A stretch of 64,000 nt of DNA, from NCBI GenBank assembly GCA_963757055.1, contig CAVWPX010000008.1, positions 272,298 through 336,297 on the forward strand, in the 5' to 3' direction. A model generated the notes under the pieces. The model searched no databases. It had not been told where the DNA came from and saw nothing but the letters and a program-made list of their open reading frames with translations. The stretch comes from an uncultured Chloroflexia bacterium. GTDB taxonomy: Bacteria > Chloroflexota > Limnocylindria > Limnocylindrales > CSP1-4. Both the position numbers and the translations under genes were made by a program. Shown here piece after piece: positions 37,977-47,335 of the stretch; the stretch's first letter is position 1, and the number at the start of each line of letters is the position of its first letter.

Positions 37977-39272
37977 CTAAATCGGTCGATTTGCTGGGAC
38001 ATCGATGTCGCTCGCGGGCCGATGTGCCACGAAGGCGACCACCGTTCCGCGACCCTTCAGCTCGATCGGCCCCCGGCGTTCGGCGATGACGCCGCCCGAG
38101 CGCAGCCAGGTTGCCTCGCTCATCTGCACCGCACCCGGAAGCCCGTGGGATTCCAGCCGACTCGCGACATTGACCGTGTCGCCCCACAGGTCGTAGATGA
38201 ACTTCGATGTCCCGATGACACCGGCGACGACCGGCCCGGTGTGGACTCCGATGCGCACGTCGACGGGACGGTCCAGAGCTCGTGCGAGCGCGCTCACCGC
38301 TTCCAGCATGTCCAATGCCATCCTCACGACACGTGCCGGGTGATCGGAACTGACCTCCGGGACGCCGCCCACCACCATGTAGGCGTCCCCGATCGTCTTG
38401 ATCTTCTCCAGGCCATGGATCTCGGCCAGTCGGTCGAAGGCCGAGAACAGGCGATCGAGGAGCCGTACCGTGTCCGCCGGGCCGAGGGTCGAAGCCAGCG
38501 GCGTGAACCCGACCAGATCGGCGAAGAGCACGGTCGCATCGTCGTATGCGTCGGCGATGGTCGTCTCTCCGGCCTTGAGGCGGATCGCCACCGAGGCGGG
38601 AAGGACATTCAGGAGGAGCCGTTCGGAGGTCGCATGCGCCTCGGCCAGCTCGAGAGCCTGGTGCTCGATGAGCCGCCGCTGGGCGAAGACATCCCGCGCC
38701 CCGCGCTCGAGCTGGTAGGTGGCGGCGAGACCCGCGATGATCGCGCCGCCGACGAGAAAGACATCGAGCGCCGTCCCGCGAGCCGAACCGATCGCCACGA
38801 CGACGACGTAGCCGACGAGGTAGGTCCCGGCAGCCACGAGCGCGAAGACGAACCGAAGGCGGATGACCACGAACGCGAAGATGGCGATCAGCAGGAGCGC
38901 GGGCCCGGCGTATCGGTCGGTCGTACCTGAGACCGCGATGAGCGCCAGCACGGCCAGGCCAGCGAGACCGTTCAAGGCGAACCCGATCAGCTGCTGGCGA
39001 TCGAGCGTCGTAGCCCAGCGGGAGGCGATGACGCCGATCAGGTTCGCACCTGCCATCCCGACGCAGATCACAGAGACGGCGGCGCGATCGACATCGATCA
39101 CAGCAGGGATGATCAGGCCCGCGATGAGCCAGAGACCGATGGCCACGGCTGCGCCGACCCGTGCCTGTGGGCCGTTCGACGCGGCCATCTCTGCCTGGAA
39201 CTCGCGCTCGAGCCCGGGATCGAGGAACCGGAGCGTCAGTGGATCGCGCGTCGAGCCGTGGCTATCCTCCAT
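37977..39272 (-). CDS. membrane-anchored class III adenylate/guanylate cyclase
   Basis: About 190 aa of N-terminal TM helices, then TVLFADLVGFT..IKTIGDAYMVVGG..GVHTGPVVAGVIG..YDLWGDTVNVASRLES. Confidence 0.9.
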   Translation of the reverse strand: MEDSHGSTRDPLTLRFLDPGLEREFQAEMAASNGPQARVGAAVAIGLWLIAGLIIPAVIDVDRAAVSVICVGMAGANLIGVIASRWATTLDRQQLIGFALNGLAGLAVLALIAVSGTTDRYAGPALLLIAIFAFVVIRLRFVFALVAAGTYLVGYVVVVAIGSARGTALDVFLVGGAIIAGLAATYQLERGARDVFAQRRLIEHQALELAEAHATSERLLLNVLPASVAIRLKAGETTIADAYDDATVLFADLVGFTPLASTLGPADTVRLLDRLFSAFDRLAEIHGLEKIKTIGDAYMVVGGVPEVSSDHPARVVRMALDMLEAVSALARALDRPVDVRIGVHTGPVVAGVIGTSKFIYDLWGDTVNVASRLESHGLPGAVQMSEATWLRSGGVIAERRGPIELKGRGTVVAFVAHRPASDIDVPANRPI

Positions 39273-39361
39273 CGGCCGAAGCCTACGCCGCGCGATATGT
39301 CGGGGAAACGACAGGGATCAAGGACGACTGCGTCCGACCCGGCGGGCCTTCGATCGGTCCC

Positions 39362-40501
39362 CTATGCCATCGTCGCCGGCGCGCCCTCGCCGTCCGTGGG
39401 CGGAGACGACGCGCTGGGTCGGCCCAGCAGCTCCGCCAGGTGCCCGCCCCGCATGATGAGCAGCAGCACCCAGCCGATCGGGATCACCGCGAACCACTGC
39501 GCGATGCGGAACAGCATCACGCCGGCCGTGATCTGTTCGGTGAAACCGGGTCCGGCCACCGCCGAGAGGATGCCGATGTAGGCGACCTCGCTGACCCCGA
39601 CGGCCCCCGGCGTGAGCGGGATCAGGGCCACGATGCCGACGACTGCCATGGCCGACAGGACCACGGCCGGTGACAGCACGTCCGGGGTCACGCCGACGGC
39701 CAGCAGCGAGAGCTCGAGCACGAGGAACCACGCCAGCTTCGCGGCCACGGCCGCCACGAAGGCCAGGGCTCCGTGGCCCGCCAGGATGTCCTTCGCTCGC
39801 TCGCGGAAGTCGAGCACGCCATCGACGATCCCGGTCGGCGGCGTCCGCCGGACGAGCGTCCAGAGGCGGCGGGCGATCGAATCGAGCGCGCTCCCGATCC
39901 GGCGCGCGAGGGACTGCGAGCGGGCGACCGCGGCCAACAGGAGCGCCGCGATGACCAGGACCACCAGCCCGATCACCGCGAGCACGATCACCCGGGGCTC
40001 GCCGACGTTCCCGGTGGCGATCAGCCCGAGGCTTGCGATCACCGGCAGCACGAGCGCGGACAGGGGCTCGAACAGGCCGGCGAAGACGATCCCGGCGCTC
40101 GCCCGGTCGGCGGGGATGCCCCATTGCCGGTACAGCAGGAACCTGGTCGCGAGGTCCGTCGGCCCCGGGATCGTGCTGACGACGGCTCGGGCCGCCAGGT
40201 CCGCTCCGACCGCGTGCGGCCATGACAGCTCCGGCAGCAGGGCCTTGGCCGGTGCGGAGCCGGCGACATAGGCCAAGGCCGTGGCGCCAGCGAGGACGGC
40301 GAGCTGTCCGGCGGTCAGCTGCGCGAGCGTGGCACCGACCGCCTGGAGGTCGACGACGCGGGGCAGGACCACGACGAAGACGAACACGAGGATGCCGATG
40401 AGCAGCAGCATCCGCACGGCGATCTGGCGCCGACTCGGCCTGGCTCGCGCGGGTCGGGTCGCGGGGACCGCTGGCGGTCCGTCTGCCGTGGCGTCCGACA
40501 T
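39362..40501 (-). CDS. flippase-like / lysylphosphatidylglycerol-synthase TM-domain (UPF0104) membrane protein
   Basis: 379 aa and polytopic, with the C-terminal pattern LIPLTPGAVGVSE..GVMLFRIAQW typical of this family. Confidence 0.7.
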   Translation of the reverse strand: MSDATADGPPAVPATRPARARPSRRQIAVRMLLLIGILVFVFVVVLPRVVDLQAVGATLAQLTAGQLAVLAGATALAYVAGSAPAKALLPELSWPHAVGADLAARAVVSTIPGPTDLATRFLLYRQWGIPADRASAGIVFAGLFEPLSALVLPVIASLGLIATGNVGEPRVIVLAVIGLVVLVIAALLLAAVARSQSLARRIGSALDSIARRLWTLVRRTPPTGIVDGVLDFRERAKDILAGHGALAFVAAVAAKLAWFLVLELSLLAVGVTPDVLSPAVVLSAMAVVGIVALIPLTPGAVGVSEVAYIGILSAVAGPGFTEQITAGVMLFRIAQWFAVIPIGWVLLLIMRGGHLAELLGRPSASSPPTDGEGAPATMA

Positions 40502-40602
40502 GGCTACACGGTACGCACCCGCCGCAACCCGATCCCGGTGGGGGGGCGGGATAGCCCTATTCGGTAGTGGTCGTCGCCGTTCGGACGGCCTAGCCTCGGA
40601 GC

Positions 40603-41799
40603 GTGGATGCGTCTGCGCGTCGACTCCGCGTGCCCGACGGCCTCGTCGTCGTCGGCCTGTTCGGCGGCGTCATGGTCCTCGCAGCACTCGCGATCGTGGG
40701 CCTGGCCGGCACCGCCGCGGGCATGCCGGCGCCGGTCGCCCTGGCCGCAGCCGTGAGCGCGTGCGGCGTCGTCGTCGGCTCAGGCGTGGTCCTCGTTCGG
40801 CGGCTGCGCCATGCCGCGGCGATGCTCGAGCGGACCGCCCGCGAGGTCGAGGAGGCAGGCTCGCGCCTGCAGGTGCTCGTCGAGCACGTCCCCGCGGCGG
40901 TCTACATCGACATGGCCGACCCCGACGTCTCCGACGGTGGCCGACTCGCCTACATGAGCCCGCAGATCAGCGGGATCCTCGGCTATCGGCCCGAAGAGCT
41001 GGTGGACGACCCCGAGCTGTGGCCGAGCCGCATCCACCCGGACGACCGCGCGACCGCCCTCGCCGCCTACATGGTCCACTGGCAGACCGGCGCGCCGCTC
41101 CGGACCGAGTACCGGATGCTCGGACGCGACGGGACCGAGGTCTGGGTCAGGGACGAGGCCTACCGGATGCAAGGCGACACCCAGGGCAAGCGACAGGTCT
41201 CGCAGGGCCTGCTCGTCGACATCACCGACCGGAAGCGTCTCGAATCGAAGCTGATCCACGACGCTCTCCACGACCCCCTGACCGGGCTCGCCAACCGGGT
41301 GCTCTTCCGCGATCACCTCGAGCGTGCCCTGGCCCGCCGGGGTCGCAGCGGCGGGACGATCGCCCTGCTCTTCGTCGACCTCGACGACTTCAAGCGGATC
41401 AATGATTCCTACGGCCACGCGGCCGGGGATCAGATCCTCGTCCGTGTCGCCGAGCGGCTCGTGGGTGCGGTCCGGGCCGAGGACGTCACCGGCCGCCACA
41501 GCGGCGACGAGTTCGCGGTGCTCCTCGCGCATGTCCGCGACGCCGGGGAGGCGATCGTCTCGGCCGAACGGATCCTGGGCGAGCTGCGCCGGCCGATCCT
41601 GCTCGGCGCCAACTCGATCGTCGTCGGCGGCACGATCGGGATCGCCATCGCGACGGAGCCCGGCGCGACCGCCGAGGACCTGCTGACCCAGGCCGATGCC
41701 GCGATGTACGCGGCGAAGGCTGACGGCAAGGGCCGCCACGCCCTTTACGACCCGTGGATGCCGACCCGGACGTGGGCCGATCTCGAGGCGGCCGGCTGA
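40603..41799 (+). CDS. membrane-anchored PAS-GGDEF diguanylate cyclase (SGDEF active-site variant)
   Basis: PAS domain: ISGILGYRPEELVDDPELWPSRIHPDD. GGDEF domain: DPLTGLANR..FVDLDDFKRINDSYGH..GRHSGDEFAVLL. Confidence 0.88.
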   Translation: MDASARRLRVPDGLVVVGLFGGVMVLAALAIVGLAGTAAGMPAPVALAAAVSACGVVVGSGVVLVRRLRHAAAMLERTAREVEEAGSRLQVLVEHVPAAVYIDMADPDVSDGGRLAYMSPQISGILGYRPEELVDDPELWPSRIHPDDRATALAAYMVHWQTGAPLRTEYRMLGRDGTEVWVRDEAYRMQGDTQGKRQVSQGLLVDITDRKRLESKLIHDALHDPLTGLANRVLFRDHLERALARRGRSGGTIALLFVDLDDFKRINDSYGHAAGDQILVRVAERLVGAVRAEDVTGRHSGDEFAVLLAHVRDAGEAIVSAERILGELRRPILLGANSIVVGGTIGIAIATEPGATAEDLLTQADAAMYAAKADGKGRHALYDPWMPTRTWADLEAAG

Positions 41800-41897
41800 C
41801 GATCAGTCGGCCGCTGGTCCACGCAGTAGAGTGCTGCCGTTGGCGGTCCTGATGGCGCCCGGAACATCGCGTAAGGTCACGATCAGCGAGGTGAGAA

Positions 41898-42341
41898 GTG
41901 AGACGCGGGCTCAAGCCTTCCGACCTCGGCGACCTGTTCGAGCAGCCTTTGGCGGCTGTGATCTCGATCGGCCTCGCCGATGGATCGGTCTTCAGTCGGC
42001 CGGTGTGGCACCGATGGATCGACGGGAAGTTCGTCTTCCAGTTCCCGGCCGGAGATCGCAAGATCTCGATGCTCGGGCGAGACCCGAGGGCGACGGTCGT
42101 GCTGGCCGAGAACCCACATCCGTATCGAGCGATCGAGGTTCGCGGACGGATCGCCATGAGCCCTGATCGATACCACGAGATCGGCGCGGCGATCTGCCGG
42201 CCTTACGTCGAAGCGTTCGATCCGAACACGGATGTCGCGGCCTACCTCAGCGATGAGCCCGGGATGATCGGCGAGCTGGAGGCGGAGACCACCAACTGCT
42301 GGGACTACGCTGACGACTTTCTGATGCCGCCCATCAGCTGA
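41898..42341 (+). CDS. PPOX-class (F420/FMN-binding split-barrel) protein
   Basis: LAAVISIGLADGSVFSRPVWHRWIDGKFVF..RATVVLAENPHPYRAIEVRG. Confidence 0.7.
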   Translation: MRRGLKPSDLGDLFEQPLAAVISIGLADGSVFSRPVWHRWIDGKFVFQFPAGDRKISMLGRDPRATVVLAENPHPYRAIEVRGRIAMSPDRYHEIGAAICRPYVEAFDPNTDVAAYLSDEPGMIGELEAETTNCWDYADDFLMPPIS

Positions 42342-42361
42342 CTGACGGAGCGTGTCGCGCT

Positions 42362-42787
42362 GTGTCGGCTATCCACCCTGATCGAGGAGGACGTGCACGA
42401 TGGACCTCAGGATCGAAGTCGTTCCCGTGCCCGGTCTCCGACGTGGACGCGGCAAAGGCGTTCTATGTCGACCAGGTCGGGTTCCACCTCGACCACGACG
42501 TCCGTCCGAACGACCGGATGCGGGTCGTGCAGATGACCCCGCCAGGGTCGGCCTGCTCCGTCGTCATCGGCGTCGGGCTGCCGCTCGGCGAACCAGGCAC
42601 GCTCAAGGGCGTCCAGATCGTCGTGGAGGACATCGACCTCGTCCGCGCCACGATGGCCGAGCGGGGGGTCGACATCACCGAGGTCCAGCAGCTGGGTCCC
42701 GAAGGACAGCCCGGCTCCCGCTTCGCCTTCTTCAACGACCCGGATGGCAACACCTGGGCGATCCAGGAGATGAAGCGCTCAGGCTGA
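42362..42787 (+). CDS. VOC/glyoxalase-family protein (N-terminus probably frame-interrupted)
   Basis: VSDVDAAKAFYVDQVGFHLDHD..FFNDPDGNTWAIQE. The SD-preceded ATG 42400 (GAGGAGG) is one frame off and joins after the CCC run at 42430-32 (MDLRIEVVPVP/VSDVD). Confidence 0.8.
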   Translation: MSAIHPDRGGRARWTSGSKSFPCPVSDVDAAKAFYVDQVGFHLDHDVRPNDRMRVVQMTPPGSACSVVIGVGLPLGEPGTLKGVQIVVEDIDLVRATMAERGVDITEVQQLGPEGQPGSRFAFFNDPDGNTWAIQEMKRSG

Positions 42788-42936
42788 CGCCAGGTGGGTG
42801 GTCGGGCGGGGGAGGAGCGCGGTCACGCCGGTGGCGTCCTCTCGACGCGCGGCTCCGGTCGGCACGACGCTGCGACGCGGATCAGCAGAGCAGGCGGACG
42901 TAGGTCCAACCGGCGATGGCCTCGCGGTCGCCCCTC

Positions 42937-43764
42937 TCAGTCGAGCGTGGCCGATAGCTTGATGCTGTCGACGACCGGCTGCGCGATCGGGGCGAACGTC
43001 GTCGCGTCGACGACGTTGTAGACGATGTACAGCATGTGAGGCCCGTCGCCGATCTGCGCCAGGAACAGCCGCGTCTTCATGTCGCTCGCGATCGCCCACG
43101 GTTCATGAAACTCCGGGAACGTGAAGATCGCGGCGCAGGCGCGCGTGGGGCAGCCTGGGTCACCGTTCGGCGCGTCTTCTGCGACGGCGATATCCATCGC
43201 AAGCGCAGGGAGCTTGCCCTCACCGATAGTCGTCTGCGTGGCCGGCGAGACCGTGAGCTCGCGGACACCATGCAGCCACTCGCTGACGGCGCTTGGCGTG
43301 TTGGCCACCCCCGCGACCGGTTTGCCGTCCCAGGTGACCGGGCTCATGTCGAGCCAGAACACGATCGAGTCGCCTTCTCCGTGGGTGCCGGCGACGTCCA
43401 ACGCGAACTCCCCCGTGCTGTCCTCGTGGCTGGACCATCTGTCGTTGAGCGTCACCGTCAATCCGCCTGGGTAGAAGTTCACCGTCGTGTACTTCCCGGC
43501 TGGCAGCGCGCCAGGCTGGGTGAGCGCGGGCGGTTGCATCCGCATGAGGAGGCAGGCGGGACTGCACGAGGGCGTCGGGGCGGAGGCTGACGGTCGTGCG
43601 GCCTGGGTCGCCACGGCGCTGGCGACCGCGGGCGACGAGGGCGCCGGGAGGCTCGCGACCGCGGGTGACGAAGGCGCCGGGAGGCTGGCGGCGGGACTGG
43701 CACAGGCCGTTGCGAGCAGCGCGATCAGCGTCGCGACGCGCCAGCGTGACTCGAGATGACGCAT
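42937..43764 (-). CDS. secreted (lipo)protein, unknown function
   Basis: Signal peptide MRHLESRWRVATLIALLATAC. Tandem ASLPAPSSPAV x2 linker. 275 aa. Confidence 0.7.
   Translation of the reverse strand: MRHLESRWRVATLIALLATACASPAASLPAPSSPAVASLPAPSSPAVASAVATQAARPSASAPTPSCSPACLLMRMQPPALTQPGALPAGKYTTVNFYPGGLTVTLNDRWSSHEDSTGEFALDVAGTHGEGDSIVFWLDMSPVTWDGKPVAGVANTPSAVSEWLHGVRELTVSPATQTTIGEGKLPALAMDIAVAEDAPNGDPGCPTRACAAIFTFPEFHEPWAIASDMKTRLFLAQIGDGPHMLYIVYNVVDATTFAPIAQPVVDSIKLSATLD
43622..43687. repeat. 33-bp tandem repeat x2 inside the lipoprotein gene
   Basis: GCGACCGCGGG(C/T)GACGA(G/A)GGCGCCGGGAGGCT(C/G) appears twice, with three differing positions. It encodes the repeated ASLPAPSSPAV. Confidence 0.9.
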
Positions 43765-43795
43765 GGCTACCTGCTACCCATCGCTCGCGGCGGGA

Positions 43796-43844
43796 GAGTG
43801 GAGCCGACACTCGGACTTGAACCGAGGACCTGCTGTTTACGAAA
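43796..43844 (-). repeat. orphan 3' half of tRNA-Thr (att-like direct repeat; identical to 60263-60311)
   Basis: The 49 nt GAGTGGAGCCGACACTCGGACTTGAACCGAGGACCTGCTGTTTACGAAA are identical to the tRNA-Thr gene from the anticodon loop to CCA, plus 3 nt. The 5' half is absent. Confidence 0.9.
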
Positions 43845-44033
43845 TCCGAGGGTCGGTTGTCTACAAATTCTACACTCACCTGGCCTGCCGATCGGTGTGG
43901 TAGTTGCTGACGGAACAGCTGGCTGCAGCGGTACACCACTGCCGATGGCAGTCAAGGAATCTCCCCGCTTTGTACGTGTGACCTCCCGCACATATCGACG
44001 ACATCTGGACATCGGCGGGCGTAGGCTCGGCCA

Positions 44034-44648
44034 ATGGATGAATGGCCCGATGCCCAGCGTCCCGCCTCAGCCAGGTTGTCCCGCGAACTCCACAGCGCCC
44101 AGCGCGCGTCGAACCTGGTCACAAAGGCCGGATCCCTTCTTCGTCTCGCGCGACTGAGTCATGCCGACATGGCTACCGCTGACCTCGATCGCGTCCTCAT
44201 CGCCTTCTACGGTGTCGTGATCTTCGGGCGGTCGGTGCTCTACTCGATGGAGGAGCTGGGCAGAATCGGCTACGCGGACGACGACTACCGCCGGTGGTAT
44301 GCGGCCTGGCAGCCCTTTGAAGAGGATCCGCTCGTTAGGTACTTCAAGAGGATTCGCAACGATGTGGTTCACCCGAACAACCGGATGGTCGGCATCGTCC
44401 TCATCGATTGGAGCGCTGATGCCGACAGGCGCGTGAGACCGGCCGGTGAGATCACGTTCGACGCTCTCGAGCCTCCGGCAACGCACCGGGGCACGGTCAT
44501 CACCGACCACTCGATGAAGGCTCTGTGCGGCCTGTATCTCGAGCACCTCCATGAGATGCTCGACACCTTTGCCCCCGTGGCGTTCGCCGTGTCGGACAGG
44601 CGACTGGCTCAGTTGCATGCACGTCGGGAACGGATCGCTCGTGGCTGA
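44034..44648 (+). CDS. hypothetical protein with a possible HEPN-like Rx4H motif
   Basis: 204-aa ORF (alternative ATG 44169) in lower-GC DNA. The motif FKRIRNDVVHPNN contains R-x4-H. No other recognisable domain. Confidence 0.45.
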   Translation: MDEWPDAQRPASARLSRELHSAQRASNLVTKAGSLLRLARLSHADMATADLDRVLIAFYGVVIFGRSVLYSMEELGRIGYADDDYRRWYAAWQPFEEDPLVRYFKRIRNDVVHPNNRMVGIVLIDWSADADRRVRPAGEITFDALEPPATHRGTVITDHSMKALCGLYLEHLHEMLDTFAPVAFAVSDRRLAQLHARRERIARG

Positions 44649-45453
44649 CGATCCAGGCTCCCTCGAGGGCCAAGAGACCGCAATCCGCAAGTGGCTGGCG
44701 GGCGAAGGCTATCCAGTCGAGTACGCGACCGCCCGCACCTTGAAGCGCACCGGATTCGAGACGGAGCAGGGCCACTACTTCGTCGACTTCGGTGGTGGGC
44801 GACAGGCCCCGATTGCGCGCGAGATCGACGTCGTCGCGCGCATCGCGGGGAATCCTTTCGTGTCGCTGGTCGCCGAATGCAAGAACCCGAAGCAGCCATG
44901 GGTCGTCATGGTGGAGCGACGACCGCTATCGATCGAAGAGACGATCGATGCCCTCGCCGCAACCTCGAACGCCACGGCGATCCTCCGGGAGCGTGCCACT
45001 CGTGCGGTCGGTGCCGGCAATCCCGTCCCCGACTACCTTGCAGCGCGGGACTCGTTTGGCTTCGCTATAGAGGAAGCCAAACCTCGGAAAACGGGAGACG
45101 CTGACAAGGCCGTGCCCACTCCGTATTTCGCGCTACGGAAGGCTGTGGGCGCCGCGATGCACGAGATCTCGCTGCGACAGTTCCAGTCCGCGGTGGTCCT
45201 GGTCGCGGTCGTGGTCGATGGGCCTCTTTGGCAGCTCACTTACGACGACGCGGGCGCGGAGATCGTGCAGCCCGTCCGGTGGCAGCGTCTGCTGTGGCGA
45301 GGCTCTTCCCGCCCCACCATCGTCGACGTGGTGCACATCGACGCAGTCGAGGCACACGCCCGCTTGATTCACGCAGCCGCTACCCAGATAGCGGGCGCTT
45401 TGATGGCAGCAGGTGAGGATGAGAGGCCCATGGAAATCGGCGAAGGCGCTTGA
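44617..45453 (+). CDS. PD-(D/E)xK (restriction-endonuclease/Mrr-like) fold protein
   Basis: GYPVEYATARTLKRTGFE..REIDVVARIAGNPFVSLVAECKNPKQPWVV (D-x15-E-x-K). The start is uncertain (ATG 44617 or GTG 44641, both overlapping the upstream gene end). Confidence 0.55.
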   Translation: MHVGNGSLVADDPGSLEGQETAIRKWLAGEGYPVEYATARTLKRTGFETEQGHYFVDFGGGRQAPIAREIDVVARIAGNPFVSLVAECKNPKQPWVVMVERRPLSIEETIDALAATSNATAILRERATRAVGAGNPVPDYLAARDSFGFAIEEAKPRKTGDADKAVPTPYFALRKAVGAAMHEISLRQFQSAVVLVAVVVDGPLWQLTYDDAGAEIVQPVRWQRLLWRGSSRPTIVDVVHIDAVEAHARLIHAAATQIAGALMAAGEDERPMEIGEGA

Positions 45454-45541
45454 CACGCGTTGCGGTGATTAGGCCCGTCGACGATCCAGGTTGGACCGCG
45501 TTTCGCGTCCAAGGAGTGAACGCGGCACACAGTCCGTCGCC

Positions 45542-46711
45542 ATGACGGCAAACGACGATCACGGGCCGCTTCCGGAGCACGCCGAGCGTCTGCTGGTCAT
45601 TCTCGAGACGATTGGAACGCATAGCGTTCATGGCAAGGTCGGACACCACCAGCACACCGAGTTCGAGCGTCGGGTGGCTCAGTTGGCGCAGCACCTTCGC
45701 GCTGCACAGCTACTGAGCGATCACCGGCTGTATCCGAGCGCGCTCGTTGTCATTCGCGCAGCGCTCGAGCATCACCTGATGGATCGCCTGATCTTGCTTG
45801 CGAACCGATACGTCGTCGTCCATACGAACGCCAAGGAGAAGGACAAGGCGAAGTGGGACGCGGAGCTCGAAGCCGCGCAGGCGGCGGACGCATCGGACAT
45901 CGACACCTGGTTCTGGGACCGGGAGCACCACCTGAACGTGGTCCGTCGAGGGCTCCATAGCGACAAGTCGAAGAAGGGAAGGGGCCAGGTGGTCTCGAAC
46001 TACTACTTCGAGATCGATCACTACGACCCGTTTCTCGGACCGAAGTGGCATTCCCATCGCCTGGCGGCGCCGTTCTGGGAGAAGTCCGTCATCACGCAGC
46101 TGGCCGATGAGCAGAGGTCTCGCTGGAAGTACCTCTTCCGCTGGTCGGCGGTCATGAAGGCGCTGCGGGTGAACAACCTCCTAGTCGGCAGGCACATGCA
46201 GGTCGACGTGCACTACGCATTCCTCAGCGGTTTTACTCATCCTTCGAAACGTGGCTACGAGGCGATCTTCGGGGGCAACTGGCCCGACCGGATGGGCATG
46301 TTCGATCACTACGCGAGCGAGCTGGTCCTCCTCTACATCATCGCGATCGCCGCGGCCGAGATCGAGACATGGGGACGGATGGCTCGACGGAGTCCGCGCC
46401 TCGAGTTGCGCGACTGGGACAAGGTCATGGGCGAGGTTGTGGCCGCCCAGCAGTCGACGTCCTACTTCTGGTTCCTGTCCGGCGCACCCGAGGCATACGA
46501 CCAGATCGAAACGGTCCACACGCCGGTTGGCGACAAGCCGCCGAAGTGGGGTCGGCCCCGGCGGGATCCCGCGCGGATCCGACCTGCACGCGTCCACTAC
46601 TACCGCAACCCGCTCCAGCGATTGATCGAACTTCACCAGAGTCGGAGTGAGATGAGCACGGGTCTCGTGTACCGCTCGCCCTTCGAGCGATCTGATGCCC
46701 GGCTCAGGTAG
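45542..46711 (+). CDS. hypothetical protein (389 aa), no recognisable family
   Basis: Long uninterrupted ORF in lower-GC DNA with a W/H/Y-rich, non-repetitive sequence. ATG 45542 (the ORF opens at TTG 45491). Confidence 0.55.
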   Translation: MTANDDHGPLPEHAERLLVILETIGTHSVHGKVGHHQHTEFERRVAQLAQHLRAAQLLSDHRLYPSALVVIRAALEHHLMDRLILLANRYVVVHTNAKEKDKAKWDAELEAAQAADASDIDTWFWDREHHLNVVRRGLHSDKSKKGRGQVVSNYYFEIDHYDPFLGPKWHSHRLAAPFWEKSVITQLADEQRSRWKYLFRWSAVMKALRVNNLLVGRHMQVDVHYAFLSGFTHPSKRGYEAIFGGNWPDRMGMFDHYASELVLLYIIAIAAAEIETWGRMARRSPRLELRDWDKVMGEVVAAQQSTSYFWFLSGAPEAYDQIETVHTPVGDKPPKWGRPRRDPARIRPARVHYYRNPLQRLIELHQSRSEMSTGLVYRSPFERSDARLR

Positions 46712-46741
46712 GCACGGTTAGACGGCGCGAGTCATGAAGGG

Positions 46742-47005
46742 TCAGCGCTTGGAGCGTGTGCGCTGCTCTATCAGCGTCGCCAGCGCCTCGGTCGCGTCGT
46801 CGCCCACCCGGACGCTGGCGAAGCCCTGCCGGTCGACGACGGCGTCGATGTGCTTGAGGTACTCGCTGAAGGGCGGGCGCTCGTCGCCGCCCCACTGGCC
46901 GTGCTCGGCCATGAGCTGGTCGACCCGCTGGTGGGAGATCCCGAGGACCCGCGCCGCATCGCGCATCGACAGCCCGCGCTCGCGCACCAGCGCCCGCGTG
47001 AGCAT
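46742..47005 (-). CDS. small HTH DNA-binding protein
   Basis: MLTRALVRERGLSMRDAARVLGISHQRVDQLM is a helix-turn-helix. 87 aa. The rest of the 46742-48097 ORF upstream of this Met is junk. Confidence 0.6.
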   Translation of the reverse strand: MLTRALVRERGLSMRDAARVLGISHQRVDQLMAEHGQWGGDERPPFSEYLKHIDAVVDRQGFASVRVGDDATEALATLIEQRTRSKR

Positions 47006-47335
47006 GCATCCATGGTTCCTTGCGCAATGACTTGGGCTTGGCGTGGACCCGGTTCGTCGAAGGACGGATGTTGTATCGACGGACCGACCTTGCTTGACAC
47101 GGGCATGCACTGACTGCACAATCCTGCATGGCTGTGATTGCGAAGTCCCCTCGCGACGGGTCGGACGACGCGCCGACGGTGTCGCCGGCGCGGACCATGC
47201 CCGGGCAGCCTCGCAGGGCTGATGGCTGAGGAGTGCAGGGCTTGGCTGACGTCGACGCAACCGGTCGGCCGGCGAAGACCGCCCCCCGCTATCGACGTAT
47301 GCCGGGTGTGCGCCGCGAGCGCGGGGGAAGGACTC

